A DNA stretch of 64,000 bases from an uncultured delta proteobacterium (GTDB lineage: Bacteria; Desulfobacterota; Binatia; Binatales; Binataceae), in contig CAWEEQ010000004.1 in assembly GCA_963808235.1 (NCBI GenBank), forward strand, positions 224,001 through 288,000. The letters are read 5' to 3'. A program made the position numbers and the translations under genes. How positions within the stretch are numbered: the first letter of the stretch is position 1; every line of letters begins with the position of its first letter. Shown piece by piece: positions 26,510 through 35,991 of the stretch. Under the pieces are notes generated by a model. It ran no database searches. It saw only the letters and a program-made list of their open reading frames with translations, and was not told the DNA's origin.

Positions 26510-27298
26510 ATGAGCGACCTGCGAATTTTTTCTTACTTGCCCAACCCGCGCATTTGGAAAGCGACCATCGCCGGGCGTCTATCTGGTGTCGAGGTTGAGG
26601 TACGAGGAAGCTCGCCGAAGGAGCTTCAATCATGGTTGTGGGACTTTGACGCACGGCCGCTCTCAGACAGCGAGCGAGCATCTCCCGCGGATACCAGGAC
26701 CGGCAAAGTCGGCTTCACCGGAACTCTTCACAAGACCGATGCGTTCATGACGGCGCATCCGTTTGGCACTGTCCCCGCCGCTTTCAGTCCCGACGGCAAG
26801 ACCGGCATTTTCGAATCGAACAGCATCATGCGAGCGGTTGCCCGCCTCGGTGAAGATCGATTTCCACTTTACGGCCGCGATGCCTACGAAGCGTCGCGGA
26901 TAGACAGCTTTCTCGACGCGAGCCTGGTGTTCGCGCGCGATTCGCAGATCTACCTGCTGTCGTTGATCAGTGGAACTCTTTCCTCCGAGATTCACGATAG
27001 AGCGCGCGACGCATTCACGGTCTACGCGGCCGGCATCGACCAGGCGCTCTCGCCTGACCGCAAGTTTATCGTTGGCGAGAACATAACGATCGCGGATATC
27101 TGCTTTGTTGCAGAGCTGAGTCTATTCTTCAACGAAAAATTGAGAACGCAGGAGCTCGAGCGGAAAGGACTCAAACCGATTCTGCATCTCGCAGTCGATG
27201 CTGAGTTTCCGCGCGCTTTCGCGCACTTTTCCAGATTGAGCAAACACCCGGCGTTCGCGCCCGACGTCGAGCCGTATCTCAAAAAGTTCAATCGCTGA
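26510..27298 (+). CDS. Glutathione S-transferase-family protein (EF1B-gamma-like)
   Basis: NPRIWKATIA, HPFGTVPA, IFESNSIMR, ITIADI. Confidence 0.85.
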   Translation: MSDLRIFSYLPNPRIWKATIAGRLSGVEVEVRGSSPKELQSWLWDFDARPLSDSERASPADTRTGKVGFTGTLHKTDAFMTAHPFGTVPAAFSPDGKTGIFESNSIMRAVARLGEDRFPLYGRDAYEASRIDSFLDASLVFARDSQIYLLSLISGTLSSEIHDRARDAFTVYAAGIDQALSPDRKFIVGENITIADICFVAELSLFFNEKLRTQELERKGLKPILHLAVDAEFPRAFAHFSRLSKHPAFAPDVEPYLKKFNR

Positions 27299-27324
27299 AA
27301 GAGATCGCGGCGAACGCGAGCGAT

Positions 27325-29055
27325 TCAGGATCGCTTCGATGCGAGTCCGACCCGGCCCATATAACTGCGGATGAAATCAGGCTGGATCGGTTTCACCAGG
27401 TAGTCATCGCATCCCGCTTCTATGGATCGACGCCGATGCTGTGCCTCTCCAAATCCGCTCAATGCTACGATAAACAGGTTCTTGAGGGTCGTCTCTGCCC
27501 GAATTCGGCGCGCCACCTCGTTTCCATCGATCCCCGGCAAGCCGATGTCGAGCAGCACGACCTCCGGCTTGAACGTCAGCAGCATCGCGAGCGCGACAAT
27601 TCCATCCTGCGCGATACTCACCTTGTGACCATCCATCGCCAGAAGCGATCCCAGGCCTTCGGCGACGTCGGCGTTATCTTCGACCAGAAGAATGCGCCGG
27701 CCGACGGCCGGCTCCGACGATTCAGCCGTCGCGTGCGGTCGATCTTCGATCGAAGGCTTCGCAGCGATCGGCAAGCGAACCGTAAACAGACTGCCCTGAC
27801 CAGCGCCCGCGCTGACGACGCCGACGGTGCCCCCGTGCAGGTCGGCGAGAGTCCGCACCAGGGCCAAACCCATGCCGAGACCTCGGGAGGAAGTCATTTG
27901 CGGTCCGTGCAGCTGGGTGAATAGTTCGAAGATGTTGTCTATCTGATCCTTCGGAATTCCGATTCCGGTGTCGCGAATGCCGATACTGATGCGGTCGTGC
28001 TCGAGTTTCGCAGCAATCGAGATTTCACCGCTGGTGGGCGTATATTTTGCGGCGTTGTCGAGCAGGTTCGATAACAATTGAGCGATTCGCACCGGGTCTG
28101 CCTCGAGGATAATGGGCTCGGGGGGGCACTCTATCGATAGCCGATGTTTGCGACGCTCGATCTGCGTGCGAGTGGTCTCCACCGCGTGATCGATCACGGC
28201 GCGGAGTTCGACCTGCTCCTTGTGCAGCGTCAATTTGCCGTGCTCGATTCGCGACAGATCGATAAGGTCGTCGACCATTCGGCTCAGATGCTGCGACTGC
28301 CGCGCCACGACATCGACCGCATGCATTGCTTCGGGATGTTTGGCGCCGAGCTTGATGTACAAGAGCTCGTTGGCGTTGACGATCGCGGCCAGAGGGTTTC
28401 TCAACTCGTGGCCAAGCATCGCGACGAACTCATCTTTATTTCGACTCGATTCAGCCTCGGCCTTGTATGCCTTCCACAATTGCCAACCGGAAGCGGCGAA
28501 GTGTGCGAGGGTGCGAACCACGCGCTCATCTTCACTGTCGAATTTTCGTTCATAGTTGTGCGCGACGATCCACACCGTTCCGACCGGTTTGCCATGATGT
28601 TGAAACGGGACCACGAGCGCCTCCACCAACCTCGGCTCGGACAAGAGAGCAGGAAAACGGCGGTCGGCAAGATACATCAACTGGGTCGAGTTCCGATCGA
28701 TACATACGCCGGATGGGCTCGCCCGACGCGGCATCGTGTCGTTGCGCCGCGATGACAACACTCCTGCCAGCGACTCCCAGCGGAAGACCTCGCCCTCCAG
28801 AATGCTGATTCCGGCGCTGCCGGCTTGGCACAGCTCGAGCGCCATCTCGACCAGCCTTTGCAGCATGTTGCGCGGATTCTCGGTCATCTCGGTTGCCAGC
28901 ACCGCCAAGGCCAGATCCTCAGCCTCGTAGTTAGGAGGCCGATGGGGACGAGAGCGCAGTTCGGAACGGATATCGATCTCCTCCAGCGTCGCCAGGTTCG
29001 GCGGTGGTCGGATCTGAGGCCGCGCCGATTCGTGCGGGATGCCTCTATGACTCAT
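27325..29055 (-). CDS. Hybrid sensor histidine kinase (GAF-HisKA-HATPase-REC)
   Basis: LGHELRNPL, NLLDNAAKYT, DTGIGI, GLGMGL, ILLVEDN, LLDIGLPG, KP. Confidence 0.95.
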   Translation of the reverse strand: MSHRGIPHESARPQIRPPPNLATLEEIDIRSELRSRPHRPPNYEAEDLALAVLATEMTENPRNMLQRLVEMALELCQAGSAGISILEGEVFRWESLAGVLSSRRNDTMPRRASPSGVCIDRNSTQLMYLADRRFPALLSEPRLVEALVVPFQHHGKPVGTVWIVAHNYERKFDSEDERVVRTLAHFAASGWQLWKAYKAEAESSRNKDEFVAMLGHELRNPLAAIVNANELLYIKLGAKHPEAMHAVDVVARQSQHLSRMVDDLIDLSRIEHGKLTLHKEQVELRAVIDHAVETTRTQIERRKHRLSIECPPEPIILEADPVRIAQLLSNLLDNAAKYTPTSGEISIAAKLEHDRISIGIRDTGIGIPKDQIDNIFELFTQLHGPQMTSSRGLGMGLALVRTLADLHGGTVGVVSAGAGQGSLFTVRLPIAAKPSIEDRPHATAESSEPAVGRRILLVEDNADVAEGLGSLLAMDGHKVSIAQDGIVALAMLLTFKPEVVLLDIGLPGIDGNEVARRIRAETTLKNLFIVALSGFGEAQHRRRSIEAGCDDYLVKPIQPDFIRSYMGRVGLASKRS

Positions 29056-29563
29056 CTCAAAACTCCGTCGCGATCCCGTTCCGAATCCGAAGGGAACGTT
29101 TCAAGCGCTAAGGGGTCGGTAACTATCGTAGGGCAACATAAACACGGCACGACTCGTACCAAAGGTGGAGATTAATTTCGAAGAAGTTTTCGCTTGGTGC
29201 GTCAGAACGACTAAATAGCCCCGGTTGACGCTTAAAGTACATGTGGCCAACGACAGAAGTTGTTCTTTGCGGGACATTATTGCGGTGCTGTGATTGTGCC
29301 CAAGGATCTAAGTTTTGTCAGAATAACTATCCGGGGCCGGACGTATGTCTGTAAGCCGGTAAAAAAGAATCATCACGATTTCCCGGTGACGTCTGAAATC
29401 ATGCAGATTCAACGGTGTAAAAAGGTCTTGAAATTGCATCTTATCTATTCAGGAAATCGCGTTTGAAATGCGAGCTAATAAGGGTTGGCGCCGGGATTCG
29501 GCGCTTGGGGGTAGTAACCAGTAAACCGTAAAGAACTCCGGCAGCTAACTTGGGAGGTACCTC

Positions 29564-30088
29564 ATGTTCAGCTTCACACGCACGGCCAGTTTCGCAACCA
29601 TGCTCGGCGCGATCGCGTTTGCGAGTCCTTCGTTTGCGGCCTCGGGCGATCTCTCTGGGCCAAATCCAGCTCGGGAAATGATTGCGCAGGCTTCTCCATC
29701 TGAAGGGGCAGGCGCCGTATCGGCGGCATCCACCGACAGCGAATCTCCTGTCGAGGCGCATATCAAGGAACTGCATCGGAAACTTCACATCACGGCTGCG
29801 CAAGATGCTCAGTGGGGTGCTCTTACCCAGGTGATGCGCGACAACGCGAAGGCCATGGTGGACCTCCAGAAGCAACGGGCGCAGGACGTGAAGTCGAGTA
29901 ACGCCGTCGAGGTCGTCAAGTCGTACGAGTCGGTGATCGAAGCGCACGAGGAAGGGATGAAGAAATTCGTGCCAGCCTTCGAGGCTCTCTACAACAGCAT
30001 GTCTGACGAGCAGAAGAAGTCCGCCGACGCTTTGTTCCGCAGCCGCGCACGCGCCGCCGCGAAAAAGGAAACCAAAGCGAATCAGTAA
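29564..30088 (+). CDS. Spy/CpxP-family (LTXXQ) periplasmic chaperone-like protein
   Basis: Signal peptide; LHITAAQDAQW and LYNSMSDEQKKSAD motifs. Confidence 0.85.
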   Translation: MFSFTRTASFATMLGAIAFASPSFAASGDLSGPNPAREMIAQASPSEGAGAVSAASTDSESPVEAHIKELHRKLHITAAQDAQWGALTQVMRDNAKAMVDLQKQRAQDVKSSNAVEVVKSYESVIEAHEEGMKKFVPAFEALYNSMSDEQKKSADALFRSRARAAAKKETKANQ

Positions 30089-30140
30089 ACTGAACCGGCA
30101 GAGTGAATAGATAAAACTGGAGTCGCTCCGACGCTGGAGA

Positions 30141-30485
30141 ATGACCATGGAAGCAGCCTTTAAGACGGGAAAGAAAGTGCGCTCAAGAATCGGCAGGATC
30201 GCGGCGGCGGTCGGACTCGCTCTGATGATATGCAGTGTAGCGGCAGGTCCGGCGCGAGCGGACGATCATGACAGAGGTCGCGGTCATGACGATCGAGGGC
30301 ATCACGATGATCACGATCGCGGCTGGGGCGGAGGCACTGTCTACGTCGCACCCGGACCGTATTACGCCCCTGACCCGGACTACTATGCCGCGCCGGAGCC
30401 CTATGAATACTATCCGCCGGAGCCCCAGCCGGATTACTATCCGCCGCCGCCACCTGAGGGAATCAACCTCTTTTTCGGCCGCTAG
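30141..30485 (+). CDS. Small secreted His/Asp- and Pro/Tyr-rich protein
   Basis: Signal peptide ending ARA; low-complexity DDHDRG and YYPPP repeats. Confidence 0.7.
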   Translation: MTMEAAFKTGKKVRSRIGRIAAAVGLALMICSVAAGPARADDHDRGRGHDDRGHHDDHDRGWGGGTVYVAPGPYYAPDPDYYAAPEPYEYYPPEPQPDYYPPPPPEGINLFFGR

Positions 30486-30724
30486 CATCGGGTCAAAAGG
30501 TCAATTGGAGCCGGCAATTCCGGCCGACGGACCTGTGTTCTTGAGAGAACAAGTTGTTGATGATTGAAACTGGCTGATAGGTGCGGTGGCCAGCCCCCTA
30601 TCCACAGGACGGAAAATAGCGTACATTACAGTCTAACGCTCGGATTGTTCCATTCTCCAAGCTTGGGAATAAGCCCAGGTCTTCGGTACGAGAGCTTCCC
30701 GGCACATACTTACGGAGGGCAAAA

Positions 30725-31057
30725 ATGCCCAGCAAATTGTACGTAGGCAATCTGGCCTACTCGGTATCCAACAGCGATCTGGAAGAACTGTTTTCACAAG
30801 CAGGCCAGGTCCAAAGTGTCGCAGTAATCACGGATAAATTTTCCGGCCAATCGAAGGGCTTCGGCTTCGTCGAGATGGCGAATGCGGAAGATGCTTCCAA
30901 GGCGATACAGACCCTGAATGACACGGATCTGAAGGGGAGAAATATCAAGGTTAGCGAGGCCAAGCCCCGCGAATCGAGCTTCGGCGGCGGCGGTGGCGGT
31001 GGCAACCGGCGCGGCGGTGGCGACAATCGCGGCGGCGGAGGCGGCGGCCGCTGGTAA
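30725..31057 (+). CDS. RRM RNA-binding protein with Gly-rich tail
   Basis: RNP2 LYVGNL, RNP1 KGFGFVEM. Confidence 0.95.
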   Translation: MPSKLYVGNLAYSVSNSDLEELFSQAGQVQSVAVITDKFSGQSKGFGFVEMANAEDASKAIQTLNDTDLKGRNIKVSEAKPRESSFGGGGGGGNRRGGGDNRGGGGGGRW

Positions 31058-31067
31058 ATTGATCGAA

Positions 31068-31101
31068 ACTGGGCGGGCCCACGCGGCCCGCTCAGTTGTT
31101 T
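31068..31101 (+). terminator. Terminator after the first RRM gene
   Basis: actgggcgggcc-cacgc-ggcccgctcagt followed by tgttt. Confidence 0.65.
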
Positions 31102-31247
31102 CAGGGGCTCGCTTACCGATCGAGTTCGATTTACTTCGACTAGTTCGATTGGTTCGCGTCCCTCTGGCACTTTCAGCTTTTTGGTCTATCTGCACTTCGG
31201 TTCGGAGAGCAGGCAGGTAAGCGTCAAAGACATAAGCAGGAGGCCCG

Positions 31248-31571
31248 GTGCCCAGAATATATGTAGGAAATCTCGCTGAATCAGTAACGCGTGATGATCT
31301 GCGGGCGCTTTTCTCCAAAGTAGGACGAGTCGGGGGCGCGTTGGTGATCACCGACAAAGCTACCGGCCGATCCCGGGGCTTCGGCTTCGTTGAGATGGTC
31401 GAGGTCGAAGACGCGATCAACGCCGCGGTTTATTTCAGCGGTACGGAGCTGGAAGGCCGCAAGATCCTGATCGATCCATATCGTCCGCAGGAGCCGGGCG
31501 CGCAGAAATATCGCGGCGAACGTAAACGGCGTCCGCGCGTCAAGCGCTCGAGCAGCAACGGCACGGCGTAG
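31248..31571 (+). CDS. Second RRM RNA-binding protein with basic tail
   Basis: IYVGNL, RGFGFVEM; GGAGG RBS before GTG. Confidence 0.9.
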   Translation: MPRIYVGNLAESVTRDDLRALFSKVGRVGGALVITDKATGRSRGFGFVEMVEVEDAINAAVYFSGTELEGRKILIDPYRPQEPGAQKYRGERKRRPRVKRSSSNGTA

Positions 31572-31637
31572 CGCAAACAATTTGCGGAGCCGACGAGCGG
31601 ACCCGCCGATGAAACAGTTTCGAGCAGGAGACCATAG

Positions 31638-31928
31638 ATGCAGGTGGAAGCGTTGGCGCCGTGGAGAACGCATGACTGGAAAGTTCGCACTATAGAATCA
31701 ATTGCTCCGGGAGGCGGCTCGCGGCTGGCCTTCACCTGCAGAAGTTGCGGCAGGATTTTCAACCAGACGACGATCAATAGCCGGACCTGGGCGGTCGACG
31801 CGCTTGGGGTCGCGCTATCCGACGGCGTCACCATCCGATGGCTCGCTGAAAGTTGCCTGCGCAAGCCTACCGATGGCGACGAAGACGATCGCAAACAATT
31901 CAAGAACGGACCTGTGCTGCAAAGCTGA
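31638..31928 (+). CDS. Hypothetical protein
   Basis: AGGAG RBS; 96-aa ORF with FTCRSCGR. Confidence 0.6.
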   Translation: MQVEALAPWRTHDWKVRTIESIAPGGGSRLAFTCRSCGRIFNQTTINSRTWAVDALGVALSDGVTIRWLAESCLRKPTDGDEDDRKQFKNGPVLQS

Positions 31929-32069
31929 AATCCGGCCGCCCGGTATGCCTTTCGCCTGGCTCGGCGATGAAACAAATCAACCGATAATTCGTCTGTATCG
32001 GATGATTCTGCGGTGCCGGATGATTCATATCGATTGACGGGTTCGTGTCGAATAAAATTTCTGATCCAT

Positions 32070-32756
32070 ATGACTCGATATATTCTTAAAGCTGTTTGTT
32101 CGGTCGCGTTTGCGGTAACCACGATTGCTTTCGTTGCGCTCTTGATGAGCGGCGACGTAGTTGCTCGCGCGGCGTCGGCCGATTCGCCTGCCGATCCGAT
32201 GGCGTCGGTGAAGTCGGTCGTCGATCAGACGATCGTGGTCTTCAAGGACCAGCAGATCGCGGCTCCGGATCGCGAACAGAAACTTCGCTCGATCGCGGAG
32301 ACCCGGTTCGATTTCAGCGAGATGGCCAAATCCGCGGTTGGCTACCATTGGCGTGATTTCACGCCTGCGCAGAAGAGCGAGTTCGTGCCGCTATTCACCA
32401 AGTTTATCGAGGACGCCTATCTCTCGCGGATAGAGGACTACTCGGTGCAGAAAGTCGACCAGCAGATCCAGTCTTCGCTGATTCAGTTCAACAAGGAAAC
32501 CACTGATGGGCCCGACTATGCGGAGGTGTTCAGCACGGTGGTGCTGAAAGATCGCGACAATCCTATCCAGGTGAATTACCTGATGCGGCGCGATGGCGAC
32601 GAGTGGAAGATCTACGACATCTCGCTCGACGCGATAAGCGTGATCGCTAACTACCGAAACCAGTTCAACCGCGTGCTCAATAGCGACGGCTACGACAAGC
32701 TCGTCAGCATCATGCGCGAGAAGATCCAGGGCCTCAGCACGTCACTCGCGAAGTGA
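32070..32756 (+). CDS. mlaC: MlaC/Ttg2D-family phospholipid-binding periplasmic protein
   Basis: FDFSEMAKSAVG.HW, WKIYDI...ISVIANYRNQF. Confidence 0.88.
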   Translation: MTRYILKAVCSVAFAVTTIAFVALLMSGDVVARAASADSPADPMASVKSVVDQTIVVFKDQQIAAPDREQKLRSIAETRFDFSEMAKSAVGYHWRDFTPAQKSEFVPLFTKFIEDAYLSRIEDYSVQKVDQQIQSSLIQFNKETTDGPDYAEVFSTVVLKDRDNPIQVNYLMRRDGDEWKIYDISLDAISVIANYRNQFNRVLNSDGYDKLVSIMREKIQGLSTSLAK

Positions 32757-32776
32757 TCCGGGCCGCGCGCCGGCGC

Positions 32777-34753
32777 TTATTTTCCCACTCCTGATACTCT
32801 TACGTTTTTCGACGGATGCTTCGGGTCGTCGCCGGTGACAACGAGTGTTTGTGAGGCGGTGCCTGCCGCGGTCGGCTGAAAGGTGACCATCGCGGTTGTA
32901 CTGTGGCCCTTGGGAATCTCGAAAGTCCCGCTGTTATCGACGCCGAAAGGCGCGGTTAGCTGTCCGATAGTTACCTGGAGACCGAACTGGCCCGAATTTC
33001 TCACCTTAAGCGGCAGGCGATGAATCGAGTCGAGCTTCGCTTCGCCGAAGTCGATATGATTCGTGCTCAAGTGCATCCGACCCGTAGGCGTCGGTGTGGC
33101 AGTCGGAGTCGGGGTTGGCGCGACACTCACGCGCGCGTCCGCGATCCAGGTGCCCCAGTTTGGGCTTTCCCCTGCGGCGGAATATTCCGCTGCCAACCAG
33201 ATCACGCTTTCATCGGCGGGGTCGAGGCCGGCGCCCGAATAGTCGCCCCATCGGGTACCGACGTATGACGCCAATCCGGATTTGAACAATACAGGCGCGC
33301 TCAGAGTGTTGATTGGATCGCTATCAAAGCGGGCAGCAACGAATGCGGACGCAAATTCGTTGCTCGCCGATTGGCTGAACGAAGTCAGCAAGTTGTCGGA
33401 GTTGTCGAGATCGAGCGACGGATAGTAGTCGTAAGATCCCTTGGTGCCGAAATCGAAATCCTGATTCACGCTTAGAGACGACGTCAGGATCTCGATGAAA
33501 CGCAGGCAGCTCCGCAGGGCGCTATCCCCGGCCGGCTTGCACGATGAAGTAGCCGAGGTCCACAACCTGCCGTCGCGAAAAACCGCATCGAGCAGACGTG
33601 AGTCGCCGGTATCGATCTGTCTGTTCGATCCTTTTTGCATCGCGTTCGGCGGAACGTTGAGACTGTTGATCGCCACTTGTGTGGCCGTGGCACTGGTGCC
33701 GCCGCCAACACCTGGCACTCCGGCCAACGACCATACGGTCTCAGTGCCGTTCGCCGCGGTAGCCATGAATAGGGTCGCGGTTGAGGAGCGGCTCTTTGCG
33801 GGCATGATGGGAAGATCGCTAGCGTCCTGCGGCGGCGGAAAAAAATCTGTCGACACATTCTGGTTCGCGGAGATCAAGTCGGCCTTGTTCCAAACCACGA
33901 ACTCATTGCCCTGTTCAGAGCCCGCATCGCAGTTGGGGTTACAGGAAAAAGAGTTTCCACCCGTGACAACCTTGTCGTCGTTGAACCCGAGCGACGGCTG
34001 ATCGGGAAAGCTTCCGGGAGTTGAAAACGTATAGACGTTGAAAGGCTGGGTCGGATCGGAGCTGGTGGAAACCGCCAGGTTGAACTGGCCGTTCTTTGCG
34101 GTCTTCACCTCGCTCGAATCCAGCGACAGTATCGAGATTAACCATCGGCCGGAAATCGTGTCGTAACGAATTCGGGGGTCGCTCGTGAAAATGGCCGCGT
34201 CGAGATTGAAAAGACCGTTGAGGGAGAGTGACTGCAGCACGTTCCCGCTCTTGTCGAAAATTCGGCCTTCGACGTTATCGACCTCGAAGACATGATCGGG
34301 CCCCGCGGCGACCTGGGTGTCAGGCGGTTCGCACGTGCCGCAGCTTTCCTCGGCCGCCAACCCGATGAAGTTCGAAAGCATGGCCGGCGTGGTGGCGGGC
34401 GACATCGAGAGTAGCGATGGAACCTGCGGGACTATCCAGCCAGTCGCCAGCGCAGCTTTCATTTTGCGATAGGCGACGGGATCTCGCATCCGCAGAGGCC
34501 TCGGATGCGGGCGGCCTGCGAATGCGGATGCTTCCAGCTTCATCGGATCGACCAGCGCAGTCCGCTGCACGACGATTGGCTGCGGTGAAGTGAGTGCAGC
34601 GGATGTCGAGACGATCGCGCCGGAGGCGCGGCGCGCGGGTATCGAGATCCACGAAATCACGAATGCGAATCCGACGACGAGGAGCGATCCCACGAGCAGG
34701 TTGCGTGCGAACAAGGTGCGGCGGCTCGGGTTGGACAGGGGCGATCGGTTCAT
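32777..34753 (-). CDS. Secreted hypothetical protein with PT linker and C-terminal Ig-like (choice-of-anchor D/ASH-like) domain
   Basis: N-terminal TM/signal; PPDTQVAAGP, SDPRIRYD, RWGDYS; PTPTPT linker; IDFG..V.N.G..VTFQP..G. Confidence 0.8.
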   Translation of the reverse strand: MNRSPLSNPSRRTLFARNLLVGSLLVVGFAFVISWISIPARRASGAIVSTSAALTSPQPIVVQRTALVDPMKLEASAFAGRPHPRPLRMRDPVAYRKMKAALATGWIVPQVPSLLSMSPATTPAMLSNFIGLAAEESCGTCEPPDTQVAAGPDHVFEVDNVEGRIFDKSGNVLQSLSLNGLFNLDAAIFTSDPRIRYDTISGRWLISILSLDSSEVKTAKNGQFNLAVSTSSDPTQPFNVYTFSTPGSFPDQPSLGFNDDKVVTGGNSFSCNPNCDAGSEQGNEFVVWNKADLISANQNVSTDFFPPPQDASDLPIMPAKSRSSTATLFMATAANGTETVWSLAGVPGVGGGTSATATQVAINSLNVPPNAMQKGSNRQIDTGDSRLLDAVFRDGRLWTSATSSCKPAGDSALRSCLRFIEILTSSLSVNQDFDFGTKGSYDYYPSLDLDNSDNLLTSFSQSASNEFASAFVAARFDSDPINTLSAPVLFKSGLASYVGTRWGDYSGAGLDPADESVIWLAAEYSAAGESPNWGTWIADARVSVAPTPTPTATPTPTGRMHLSTNHIDFGEAKLDSIHRLPLKVRNSGQFGLQVTIGQLTAPFGVDNSGTFEIPKGHSTTAMVTFQPTAAGTASQTLVVTGDDPKHPSKNVRVSGVGK

Positions 34754-34871
34754 CGGTGTAAAGAAGGGTTACGAATCGGATCTTCGAGCCTGTGATAAAA
34801 GTGTACGTGGTGCGGGGGTCGCGCTACAATCCGGTTTCTTTTCTCGACGACATCAGGAGTGAGGGCTGGTA

Positions 34872-35423
34872 ATGATTCTCAAAGTTGCGCGTCTCGGATT
34901 TCCGTCGCTCAGAACTGCCGCCGCTGCGGTGCCGCCGGAGCGGATTGCGACCGATGATTTCCAAAAGCTGATCGACGACATGGTCGATACGATGCATGAG
35001 TACAGCGGCGTCGGCGTCGCCGCCCCACAGGTTCATCTTCCGATTCAACTTGCGGTGCTCGAAGTGGAAAATCATCCGCGTTATCCGGACATGCCGAGCG
35101 TGCCGCTTACGGTGCTGATCAACCCGGTGGTGACGATTCTGGACCGGACGATCGTCGAGGAGTGGGAGGGATGCCTGAGCGTTCCCGATCTTCGTGGCAA
35201 GGTGCCGCGCTTCAAGCAGCTTCGAGTCACGGGGCTTGGGCGCAACGCCGAGCCGATCGAGATCGTTGCGTCGGATTTTCATGCGCGCGTGATTCAGCAC
35301 GAGACCGATCATCTGAAGGGCGAGGTTTACCTGGATCGCATGCCCGATTTGCGCAAACTGGGATTTTTGCAGGAGTGGCAGCGCTATATGCTCGAGCCGC
35401 CTGCGGAAAAGAAAGAATCGTGA
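34872..35423 (+). CDS. def: Peptide deformylase
   Basis: GVGVAAPQV, EGCLS, QHETDHLKG. Confidence 0.96.
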   Translation: MILKVARLGFPSLRTAAAAVPPERIATDDFQKLIDDMVDTMHEYSGVGVAAPQVHLPIQLAVLEVENHPRYPDMPSVPLTVLINPVVTILDRTIVEEWEGCLSVPDLRGKVPRFKQLRVTGLGRNAEPIEIVASDFHARVIQHETDHLKGEVYLDRMPDLRKLGFLQEWQRYMLEPPAEKKES

Positions 35424-35452
35424 TCAGAAAGCGGCTAGTTCACTCGTCCCCA

Positions 35453-35743
35453 CTACTTGGCTGGGGGCGGAGTTGGCGGCAGCTTGCCGGTCGCTTTGAA
35501 GGTCGCGATCGCTTTGCTTAATTCCTCGTTCTGCGCGGTGAGAGTGGTCTCCTCCGATTGCACCTTTGCGAGCTGGGCCTTCAACTGTTCATTTTCACTT
35601 TGCAGCTTGATGAGCTGATTGTTGAGTTCCGAGATCTGCTGCTCATTCGCCTGGTCGCGAGCCCGATAGCTGCCCGAATAGAGAAAGAACAACAGCGCCG
35701 CGATTATCGCGACGACCAATCCGCCGATAAGTATTCTCGCCAT
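35453..35743 (-). CDS. Small membrane-anchored coiled-coil protein
   Basis: MARILIGGLVVAIIAALLFFLY TM followed by heptad repeats. Confidence 0.7.
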   Translation of the reverse strand: MARILIGGLVVAIIAALLFFLYSGSYRARDQANEQQISELNNQLIKLQSENEQLKAQLAKVQSEETTLTAQNEELSKAIATFKATGKLPPTPPPAK

Positions 35744-35841
35744 CTTGAGGTAGCCCCATTTGAAGATAGCTGTGAGCGGCGGGCGTGCGCCACTGGCGCG
35801 GATCACCCCAATTTAGCCGCGTTTTCACGAAAAATAGCGAA

Positions 35842-35871
35842 TTGACTTCCTTGCTCCAGCGTTCCTAAAAT
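35842..35871 (+). promoter_or_regulatory. Sigma70-type promoter for the Gld-like ABC operon
   Basis: TTGACT-18 nt-TAAAAT. Confidence 0.5.
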
Positions 35872-35991
35872 GCGCGTGGATCGCATCTTTCTGATCGGAC
35901 GCCATTGCAATAAATTGAGAACCATGCCCGATACCCCGCGCCTGACGTGGGGGAGGCTGAATTTCACCGTGCCGAGGTTTAAGCAGGCTTC

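Noticed and set aside
29056-29563. Long AT-richer intergenic region and 68-aa ORF 29260-29466
   Set aside because: No convincing RNA structure, RBS or motif; probably divergent promoters
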